Sequence record: MN850608.1
Source of the DNA: Escherichia phage megetsur
Direction: 5' to 3' (one strand)
DNA: 42,132 bases
The notes under the pieces were generated by a model. It ran no database searches and had not been told where the DNA came from. It saw nothing but the letters and a program-made list of their open reading frames with translations. The position numbers were made by a program, and so were the translations under genes. Each line of letters begins with the position of its first letter. Position 1 is the stretch's first letter. This document shows, one piece after another, positions 16,396-24,234 of the stretch.

Positions 16396-18828
16396 GTGGA
16401 TTTACTTGCAGAGCAGATTCGACTTGAAGAAGAAGCGCGAGCCAGACACCGCGAGGGCTGGCTGGATAATATCAAAGAGGCGATGGCCAGTGGCCGCGCC
16501 GGGTCGGTGCCGTTGCTCCAGCGTATGATGGTTGAGGCTTATCCTCTGGTCGAAGCTGCGATGCAAGAAACCCTGAGCGAAACGACCCGTGGATATGGTG
16601 CGCAGTACCGGACGTACATGCGTGAGATTGGCACCAAAGCGTGTGCCTCTCTCGCACTGAGCATGGCGGTGTCCGGTGCTGCGTCGGAGCAGGCGGTACT
16701 GAGTCTGCTCAAGAGCATGGGCAAGGCACTGATGGCTGAGGTGGTGTATCTCCGGGCGAAGCAGACCGGGCCACAGCAGGCGGCGTACATGGAGCGCGTT
16801 AAGCAGGACGTGAAGAAGTCTCGCTCGAAGTCAGCGAACCACGTCTACAACAAAGCGCGTGCGTCGGCGGCGAACGTTGGGGTAGAGATTGATGTGCTGC
16901 CGCAGCGTGCGCTGATTACCATTGGCAAGCTGATGATGAAGTGCGTCGAGCCAACTGGTCTGGTGTCCACGATTCGCGTCGGCGGCAACCAGCGCCAGCG
17001 CGGTACGGCACACTTCGCACTGCACGAAGATGTGCTGGCTACGATGAACGACTGGCTGGACATGCCGCGTGCTGATGGCATGTGCTGCCCACCGCTGATT
17101 ATCCCACCGAAGCAGATTGCCCCGAACGGTCGCAGCGGTATGTGGCATTCCGATGGGCAGGCAGCGATGTACCGGGTCATGAGTCGCATGAACCACAAAG
17201 GGTATCGTGCATTGAACGTTGACCCGACCCCCGTTATAGAGCCGTGTATGATGCTCAGCAGCGTTCCGTACCGAGTTAACCCAATGGTACTGGAGTTCCT
17301 GCGAACGAACCGTACAGGCGTTATGGGGCTGCCTGTGCCACCCCGTGAGCCTACACTTCCGTTCACCATCCCCGCTGGTGTGAGCTTTGCACAGTACATC
17401 AGCAAGTTCCCACCAGAGATGCAGCAGCAGATGGATGCCGAAGCTCACGAGTACAAGGTGAAGACTCGCTTGTATTACAATGAGTTGCGTAAGTTCACGT
17501 CGCAGATGCTGGCGTTGAATGGTGCAGTCAAAGAGGCAGACAGGTATGCGCAGTACGATAGGATTTATCTCCCGACTTACGCCGATACGCGGGGCCGAAT
17601 TTATTATTCTTCGACCCTTAACCCTCAGTCTATCGACGCGGTGCGAGCGCTGCTTGAGCTTGCGGAACCAGTGGCTCTCGGAACTGAGGGGCTGTTCTGG
17701 CTCAAGGTTCATGTTGCGAATTGTTTCGGATATGACGCAACAGACTTCGACGACCGGGCGGCGTGGACGGACAAGACACTCCCCCGACTACGTGAGGCGT
17801 GCCGTCTTCCAGAGGCATTTGATTCGTTCTGGTCAGAAGCCGATAGCCCTATCAGCGCGTGGGCTGCCTCTGTTGAACTCATTCGCGCTATCGACTCAGG
17901 AAGTCCTGAGACTTATCCCTGCCGAGTGGTTACGCAATGGGACGCTACCTGTTCAGGATTACAGCACCTCAGTGCGATGCTACGAGATGAAGTTGGCGGT
18001 GCTGCTGTCAATCTTATCAATAGCGTGGGAAGAAAAGCAGACATATATCTCAAGACGGCAGCAGCGGCGATGCAGGCTCTTGAAGATAGTGAGGCGCAGT
18101 CACCGACGCAGATGGGTACGTGGCTTGTTTCAATCGGCATTGTCCGGGCGATGGCTAAGAAGCCAGTGATGACCTACGTGTACGGGGCAACCCGGCACGG
18201 TATGGTGGACTACTACTGCCTGTATCTGCGAGAGAACCGGGTCAAGCTGCCGGACGGCAAGAGCCTGCTGGAGTGTGCGCAGTTCATCGCAGAGTTCATG
18301 TGGAATGCAATCCCTCGCGTTGTGCCGAAGGCGGCAGAGCTGATGGCATGGTTGCAGGCTATCGCGGTTGAGGCGGCAGCCAACGGCGAGTACGTGGAAA
18401 TCATTGCACCATCAGGGTTGCGGGTGGTTAACCTGTATCAAGCCAGCAAGGAGACGATGCTCAACAACATCAACCTCATGGGTATCCACAGCATTAAGCT
18501 GCGCGAGTATCTGGACAAGCCGGACGGTAGGAAGTGTGCCGCTGCGATTGCTCCGAATTTCGTACACGCCATGGATGCCAGCCACATGATGAAGGTGTTG
18601 TGGGAGATGTGGAATAACGGGGTGTACATGGTGTCCATCCACGACTCGTTCGGGGTGGCGGCTGCACATGCCGGGTTACTCCACAAGGTCATTCGTGAAA
18701 AGTTCGTACAGATGTATGAGCAACATGACCCAATTCAACAACTTGCTGTACGATACAATGCTGTTGCACCTGAACGGGGCAATCTGGATATCCAGCTTGT
18801 GAAACAATCAAGCAAGTTTTTCTGCTGA
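16396..18828 (+). CDS. single-subunit DNA-dependent RNA polymerase (T7-type)
   Basis: DATCSGLQHLSAMLRDEVGGAAVNL and HDSFGV match T7 RNAP catalytic motifs; GTG start with AAGGAG upstream. Confidence 0.95.
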   Translation: MDLLAEQIRLEEEARARHREGWLDNIKEAMASGRAGSVPLLQRMMVEAYPLVEAAMQETLSETTRGYGAQYRTYMREIGTKACASLALSMAVSGAASEQAVLSLLKSMGKALMAEVVYLRAKQTGPQQAAYMERVKQDVKKSRSKSANHVYNKARASAANVGVEIDVLPQRALITIGKLMMKCVEPTGLVSTIRVGGNQRQRGTAHFALHEDVLATMNDWLDMPRADGMCCPPLIIPPKQIAPNGRSGMWHSDGQAAMYRVMSRMNHKGYRALNVDPTPVIEPCMMLSSVPYRVNPMVLEFLRTNRTGVMGLPVPPREPTLPFTIPAGVSFAQYISKFPPEMQQQMDAEAHEYKVKTRLYYNELRKFTSQMLALNGAVKEADRYAQYDRIYLPTYADTRGRIYYSSTLNPQSIDAVRALLELAEPVALGTEGLFWLKVHVANCFGYDATDFDDRAAWTDKTLPRLREACRLPEAFDSFWSEADSPISAWAASVELIRAIDSGSPETYPCRVVTQWDATCSGLQHLSAMLRDEVGGAAVNLINSVGRKADIYLKTAAAAMQALEDSEAQSPTQMGTWLVSIGIVRAMAKKPVMTYVYGATRHGMVDYYCLYLRENRVKLPDGKSLLECAQFIAEFMWNAIPRVVPKAAELMAWLQAIAVEAAANGEYVEIIAPSGLRVVNLYQASKETMLNNINLMGIHSIKLREYLDKPDGRKCAAAIAPNFVHAMDASHMMKVLWEMWNNGVYMVSIHDSFGVAAAHAGLLHKVIREKFVQMYEQHDPIQQLAVRYNAVAPERGNLDIQLVKQSSKFFC

Positions 18829-18854
18829 TAAATAGTGATATGTATCATTGACTT

Positions 18855-18877
18855 AAATGAAAGTGTCTATAGTGATA
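18855..18877 (+). promoter_or_regulatory. copy B of the conserved element ATGAAAGTGTCTATAGTGATA; candidate phage-RNAP promoter ahead of the late genes
   Basis: Exact 21-mer also present inverted at 40536-40556; contains CTATAG; followed by palindrome GTGATA-GA-TATCAC (18872-18885). Confidence 0.4.
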
Positions 18878-18938
18878 GATATCACGCTACCGGTAGCCCC
18901 GTCAGTGGCGGGGGTTGCTGCCACTAAGAGAGGATTGT

Positions 18939-19124
18939 ATGGGTAAAGAATCTCCACTTGAAAGAGTTCAGTTCACTAAAGCACAGTTAGCTCTACTGGA
19001 GAAGCACTTCGGTACATGGTCTCAGGTAGGTAAGACAGTCACTCCCGACACTAACCTACCTCTGATTAACAGAGAGGCTGGTAAGCAAGACGTTCTGGAT
19101 TTCATCAGAGAAAGAGTGATTTGA
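18939..19124 (+). CDS. hypothetical protein (61 aa)
   Basis: ATG 18939 with AGAGAGGA upstream. Confidence 0.45.
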   Translation: MGKESPLERVQFTKAQLALLEKHFGTWSQVGKTVTPDTNLPLINREAGKQDVLDFIRERVI

Positions 19125-19125
19125 A

Positions 19126-19545
19126 ATGAAAGTGTCTACTATGGGAAATACATCACACACGACGATGCCACTCGACATTCGCCGTGCTGTGGCCGAAGGC
19201 ATTCAAGCTGAGCGGCCATGGTCAGACCTATCTCCCGATGTGATTGTTGACAGCATGTATGAGGCCACCGCCTCCGGTTGCGTTGACGTTTACATCACTG
19301 ACGATGACGGCAGCCTAATGGCTGTTGCTCACATCGGCAGGTTATTCGATATTCATGTGGGCGAGATGGTGGTCGTTATGGCCTCATACGTCTGGCCCCA
19401 GTACAGAAACCGTGGAGTGATGCGTGCCATCCTCCGTGTACTCAAAGACGTGGCCCGTTCAGCGGGTGTGCGTTGGTGCGGTTACTCCCATATGGTGCGG
19501 CCTTACGTTCAGGAGTACCGCTTCATTGATTTGGAGAAACCGTAA
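19126..19545 (+). CDS. hypothetical protein, possibly GNAT-like acetyltransferase
   Basis: Degenerate acetyl-CoA-binding-like motif WPQYRNRGVMRAIL; its first 15 nt repeat the promoter-like element. Confidence 0.35.
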   Translation: MKVSTMGNTSHTTMPLDIRRAVAEGIQAERPWSDLSPDVIVDSMYEATASGCVDVYITDDDGSLMAVAHIGRLFDIHVGEMVVVMASYVWPQYRNRGVMRAILRVLKDVARSAGVRWCGYSHMVRPYVQEYRFIDLEKP

Positions 19546-19805
19546 TGGGTAGCGTAGGCAAAGTATTCAAGGGCATTGGCTCCGTCTTCGGACTGGGTAG
19601 CCAAAAGCCGCAGTACACTATCAAGACTGACCCGGCGCAGGTCAAGGCAGAAACCATGCAGGCTAACCTTGCAGCCGACCTCGCTGGTGAGAACACCCCA
19701 ACCATTCAGGCAGGTGGCCAAGTAAGCTCGGCCTCTGATACGCTGGGTGGTCGCCGCCGTCGCACCGGAACTGGTGTGGCAAGTAACCTCGGCATTGGGA
19801 GCTAA
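19545..19805 (+). CDS. hypothetical small Gly-rich protein (86 aa)
   Basis: ATG 19545 with GGAG upstream; sits just upstream of the portal gene. Confidence 0.45.
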   Translation: MGSVGKVFKGIGSVFGLGSQKPQYTIKTDPAQVKAETMQANLAADLAGENTPTIQAGGQVSSASDTLGGRRRRTGTGVASNLGIGS

Positions 19806-19807
19806 GC

Positions 19808-21373
19808 ATGACTCAAGACGCGCAGAACGTCAGCTATGAGTCTCTGTGGCAGAAGTACCGGGATAGCAACGTTGTCACGAAAGCGCGGGAGTACAGCCGC
19901 TACACACTGGCTAAGCTGGTGAGCGAGTACGACCGCAGTGACGTGGACGACATGAACCGCCAGCAGATTACTCGTGATTACCAGTCTGTCGGCGCTCTGC
20001 TCGTCAACAACCTGACCGCTCGGTTGGGTGAGTTCCTGTTCCCGGCTTCCGCACGATTCGTGAAGCTGAAATTAAACAAGGTGTCTGACCAACAGCGGCA
20101 GTCTATGTCGCAAGTGAATCAGGCGCTTATCACTATTGAGAAGGCCATCGTAGACAAAGCCAAAGAGAATGGCGGCTACGCTGACCTGCTCCAGTGCATT
20201 GCCCAACAAGCTGTGACCGGAAACGCCGCGCTGTACCGCGATATGGAAACTGGTTCGTACCGAGTGTACGGATTGGAATCCTTCGTGGTGCAGCGCGACG
20301 GTCGTGGCGTTGTGGTGGATGCTATTATCAAGGAGCGCATCCAGTGGGATTCTCTGCCGAAGGACTTTCAGAATGAGCTGAACTCCAAAGGCTTCCGCTG
20401 TGGTGGGAACAAACGCGTGTGGCTGTACACCCGCGTCCTTCGCGTTCAGAAGGACAGTGGCAATTACGGCTATGAAGTAACGCAGCAGATTGGCAACTAC
20501 CAAGGCTGCGTCTATACCCCCGGTAAAGATTACTACCCTGAAAAAGTCTGCCCATGGTTATTCCCAGTGTGGTCTTTGAAGTCTGGCGAGCATTACGGTC
20601 GCGGGATTGTCGAAGACCACGCTGGGGATTTCGCACGTCTGTCGCTCCTGTCTGAGCATTCTGCTCTGTACATGCAGGAAGCGCTGCGCGTGCTGTGGAT
20701 GCTCACTGGCTCTGGCGGCAACGTCGATGACATTGAGAGCGCAGAGACTGGGCAGGTCATTCCACTCCAGAACGGCACCACGTTGTCGGGGCTGGAGGTC
20801 GGGGATTACCAGAAAGTTCAACAGGCCCGTGACGAAATCAACCAGATTGTGCAGCGACTGGCGCAAGCCTTCATGTACACTGGTGAGTTCCGTGACTCCG
20901 AACGTACCACCGCCACCGAAGTGCAGCAGGTAGCAACCAGCGCCGAGCGTGGGCTGGGTGGGCCGTACTCAATGCAGGCTAAGACCCTCCAGATTCCTCT
21001 GGCGTATGTCCTGCTCGCGGAGATTGACGAGTCCACCGTACCAGATATCGTCGGCAACATCCTGTCGCTTCAAGTCGAAGCTGGCTTGGATGCCCTCGGT
21101 CGAAGCATTGAAGCTGAGACGCTTATCAGAGCGCTCTCCGACTCGCAGGCAGCAATGGTTGCTGTCCAGAATATTAATGGCGTTGCTAACACCATCGACC
21201 CTCAGAAAGTCCTTGAGGTTATCTTTGCCTCCAATGGTGTTGCGCTGGACGACTATCGTAAGTCGCCACAAGACTTGGCCCAAGAAGGTCAGGCCATCGA
21301 CAATGCAGCCGCTGCCGCCGCTGGCGTACAGCCGGGCGCAGTTGATGTAGCGCCTAACATCGCACAGATTTAA
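19808..21373 (+). CDS. head-tail connector (portal) protein
   Basis: 521 aa, first large gene of the structural module, followed by scaffold and capsid as in T7 gp8-gp9-gp10. Confidence 0.75.
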   Translation: MTQDAQNVSYESLWQKYRDSNVVTKAREYSRYTLAKLVSEYDRSDVDDMNRQQITRDYQSVGALLVNNLTARLGEFLFPASARFVKLKLNKVSDQQRQSMSQVNQALITIEKAIVDKAKENGGYADLLQCIAQQAVTGNAALYRDMETGSYRVYGLESFVVQRDGRGVVVDAIIKERIQWDSLPKDFQNELNSKGFRCGGNKRVWLYTRVLRVQKDSGNYGYEVTQQIGNYQGCVYTPGKDYYPEKVCPWLFPVWSLKSGEHYGRGIVEDHAGDFARLSLLSEHSALYMQEALRVLWMLTGSGGNVDDIESAETGQVIPLQNGTTLSGLEVGDYQKVQQARDEINQIVQRLAQAFMYTGEFRDSERTTATEVQQVATSAERGLGGPYSMQAKTLQIPLAYVLLAEIDESTVPDIVGNILSLQVEAGLDALGRSIEAETLIRALSDSQAAMVAVQNINGVANTIDPQKVLEVIFASNGVALDDYRKSPQDLAQEGQAIDNAAAAAAGVQPGAVDVAPNIAQI

Positions 21374-21383
21374 TGGAGAATAC

Positions 21384-22616
21384 ATGTTTGGTGAATCCCA
21401 ACCTACTGCCGCACCCGCTCCCCAAAACGTACCCGCTGGCCCGACCTATACTCCCTCTGGTCACGGCGGTAATGATTATGGTGGAAGCCCACAGGTGGTA
21501 CAGAACCCAGCGCTAGGCCGACTGGGTACGCCTATCGAGTTACCTCGTGGTGGCGCTACCCCGCAGCCAGTGCAGCCGTTCGGACAGCAGCCGGGCCTGA
21601 TTCCTGCACAGGAGCACAACCCGTATGCACAGCCCCAACAGGGAAACCCAAGTCCTTACGCACCCGTACCTCAGCAGAACCCGTATGGTACTCCGCAGCA
21701 GACCTCTCCGTTTGCGGCACCACCAATTCCGGTTAATGGGTATCAGAATCCGGGCGCAACGCCTCCGGGCCAAGCGGCTCCGGCACAGCAGTTCCAGAAC
21801 CCTGTAGCTCCGCAGCCTTATGCTTTCGACCCGTACGGTCGTCAGCCGGGCCAGCCGCAGGCACCGCAGCCTCAGCAGCAGCAGCCGCAACCTTTCCAAC
21901 AGTTGCAGCCGCAGCAGCCGGGTCAACCGCCTCAGCAGTTCCAGAATCCCAACCTCACGGCTGAGAAACTGGCGACTCAGGAAGGTGGCCTGACCGCAGA
22001 GCAGGTTGCTCAGATTTTCCCGGACGATACCAGTCGCGCCGTATTCCAAGGCATGGACACCATTGCCCGTGGCCAGAACATCGACCTGCTCGCAGCGTTC
22101 GGTTCTGCTTACGAGCGTCGTGACCCGTCTCTGGTGAACGACCGCTATCTGGCTCAGTTCGACCCACAGACTGTATCAATCCTCAAAGGTCAATTCGGCG
22201 CACTGGTTGCGGCTGGTCAGCAGCGCGACGCTGCAATCGAGCAGCAGGTTTACCAGATGGCTGGCGGCGAGGAACGATGGGGTCTGGCTGTACAGGCATT
22301 CAATACTGCTGCTGACAAGGGCACTATTGATGCTGTTGTCGCGGCTGTTAACTCCGGCGACCCTAATCAGGTACGTCTGGCAGTGAACACCATTCTCCAG
22401 TTCGCTGGTTCCGCAGGGAACTTGATTCAGCGCTCTGGACAAACTTTGACGCCTAATGGTGGCGGTCAAGCACCTCGTGAGGTTATGACCAACGAGGCAT
22501 TCCGTCAGCATCTTGGCTGGCTTGAGCAGGCGCATCCTGTTGGTTCCCCGGAATACAACAAGCATTACGCCGTACTGGTAGAGCAGCGCCGTCAGGCTAA
22601 AGCTCAAGGTTACTAA
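21384..22616 (+). CDS. scaffolding protein with Pro/Gln-rich low-complexity N-terminal half
   Basis: Position between portal and capsid; residues 1-180 dominated by P, Q and G. Confidence 0.65.
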   Translation: MFGESQPTAAPAPQNVPAGPTYTPSGHGGNDYGGSPQVVQNPALGRLGTPIELPRGGATPQPVQPFGQQPGLIPAQEHNPYAQPQQGNPSPYAPVPQQNPYGTPQQTSPFAAPPIPVNGYQNPGATPPGQAAPAQQFQNPVAPQPYAFDPYGRQPGQPQAPQPQQQQPQPFQQLQPQQPGQPPQQFQNPNLTAEKLATQEGGLTAEQVAQIFPDDTSRAVFQGMDTIARGQNIDLLAAFGSAYERRDPSLVNDRYLAQFDPQTVSILKGQFGALVAAGQQRDAAIEQQVYQMAGGEERWGLAVQAFNTAADKGTIDAVVAAVNSGDPNQVRLAVNTILQFAGSAGNLIQRSGQTLTPNGGGQAPREVMTNEAFRQHLGWLEQAHPVGSPEYNKHYAVLVEQRRQAKAQGY

Positions 22617-22636
22617 TTTCTTCGTAAGGATTTCTC

Positions 22637-23629
22637 ATGGCTGATAACGCTTATACCCCGAACCAGTTCCGTCCACACTGGGGTGGCGCGAACTCTGACA
22701 ACGACATTCACCTTGAGGTGTATGACCGTGACGTGCAGACCCAGTTCATTTACAACTCCATCTTCCGTTCCGGTCTGACCAACTTCAAGTCTGTGGCTAA
22801 CCAGTCCAACACTTGGCGTGGCGACCGTCTCGGCTCTGTGACCGTTAAAGGTCGTCGCTCTGGCGAGGCGCTGGACAACCAGCCTGTTCGCTCTGAGAAA
22901 CTGATTGTCACTGTGGATACCGTGTCTTACATCCGTATCCCGATTGACTATCAGGACGACTGGACTGCGCCGGACTTCCGTGCCGAGCTGACCCGTAACA
23001 TGGGTACTGCTCAGGCTAAGGCGTTCGACCAAGCGCACGTCATCCAGCTCCAGAAGTCTGCTGACTTCGTGCCTCCGGCTTCTCTGGCTGGCGCGTTCAA
23101 CGCAGGTATCAAGGAGCAGGTCACTCTGACTGGCACCGTGGCATCTGAGGAAGATGACGCGTCTGCGCTGGTACATGGCCACAAGAAAGCTATCGAGGCG
23201 TTCATTCGCCGCGACGCTGACCTTGGCCGTCTGGTTACGCTGATTGACCCGGCGTGGTTCAGCATTCTGCTGGAGCACAAGAAACTGATGAACGTTGAGT
23301 TCACTGGTGGCCGTGGTGTCAACGACTTCGCAATGCGCCGTGTGGCTTACGTGAACGGTATCCGTATCATCGAGAGCAACGCGTTCCCGCAGGCGGCAAT
23401 CACTGACCACATCCTCGGCCCTGACTTCAACGTCACCGCCGACGAGATTCAGCGCAAGATGATTATCTTCGACCCGTCTCTGGCTCTGGTCACTGTCGAA
23501 GCCCAGCCGCTGTTCAACCGCGTATGGGATGACGAACGTGAACTGACCAACGTTCTGGACAGCTTCCACATGTACACCGTGGGTCAGCGTCGTCCAGACG
23601 TAGTGGCAGTCGTCACTACCGAGACCTAA
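22637..23629 (+). CDS. major capsid protein
   Basis: 330 aa, position and size as T7 gp10 and phiKMV capsid; followed by a strong hairpin. Confidence 0.8.
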   Translation: MADNAYTPNQFRPHWGGANSDNDIHLEVYDRDVQTQFIYNSIFRSGLTNFKSVANQSNTWRGDRLGSVTVKGRRSGEALDNQPVRSEKLIVTVDTVSYIRIPIDYQDDWTAPDFRAELTRNMGTAQAKAFDQAHVIQLQKSADFVPPASLAGAFNAGIKEQVTLTGTVASEEDDASALVHGHKKAIEAFIRRDADLGRLVTLIDPAWFSILLEHKKLMNVEFTGGRGVNDFAMRRVAYVNGIRIIESNAFPQAAITDHILGPDFNVTADEIQRKMIIFDPSLALVTVEAQPLFNRVWDDERELTNVLDSFHMYTVGQRRPDVVAVVTTET

Positions 23630-23639
23630 TGGTAAACTC

Positions 23640-23668
23640 GAAGCCCTTCTCTGAGGGGCTTCTATGAT
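23640..23668 (+). terminator. stem-loop after the capsid gene (T7 T-phi-like position)
   Basis: GAAGCCCT / GGGGCTTC stem with a 7-8 nt loop, followed by TATGATTAT. Confidence 0.5.
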
Positions 23669-23685
23669 TATCACTGGGAGGTTTT

Positions 23686-24234
23686 ATGACTCTACTCGAA
23701 GCAGTAAACATTGTTCTTCGAGCACTGTCCGAACACACCGTATCTTCAACTGAGATTCGAAACCCGTCCGTTACCCTTGCACTCGACAAGATTGGTATCG
23801 CTCAGGAAGAAGTTCTCACTGATGGTTGGTGGTTCAACAATATTCGAATCACCATCCCCCGCGAAACGGATGGTAGGGTTAAATATCCCGCCGACGCTCT
23901 TAGCTTCATCCCTGATGGGTTTGAGTGCATTGTGCGTGGCGGGTATCTTTACAACGCGCAATCCCAAACCTTTGTTTTTACAGAAGATGTTCCGGGATTG
24001 GTGACTTATGATTTAGGCTGGGAAGACCTGCCAAGTCCGGTGCAAAGACTCGTTGCTTATCAAGCAGCTATCTCTGCATACGCCGACGACATGGGAGACA
24101 ACCCACCTGCCAGCGTGACGGGCGGTTACGCTATGGCGCTCCAGCAGTGCCAGACCATTCATACCCGTCAGCGTCGATTCAATGCTCGCCAGCGTAAGAG
24201 CTGGTGGCGCTATGAGAGTGCTCGGAGAGGATAA
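23686..24234 (+). CDS. tail tubular protein A
   Basis: 182 aa; synteny with T7 gp11. Confidence 0.7.
   Translation: MTLLEAVNIVLRALSEHTVSSTEIRNPSVTLALDKIGIAQEEVLTDGWWFNNIRITIPRETDGRVKYPADALSFIPDGFECIVRGGYLYNAQSQTFVFTEDVPGLVTYDLGWEDLPSPVQRLVAYQAAISAYADDMGDNPPASVTGGYAMALQQCQTIHTRQRRFNARQRKSWWRYESARRG

Noticed and set aside
22613-23674. Minus-strand ORF of 353 codons
   Set aside because: Antisense to the major capsid gene.
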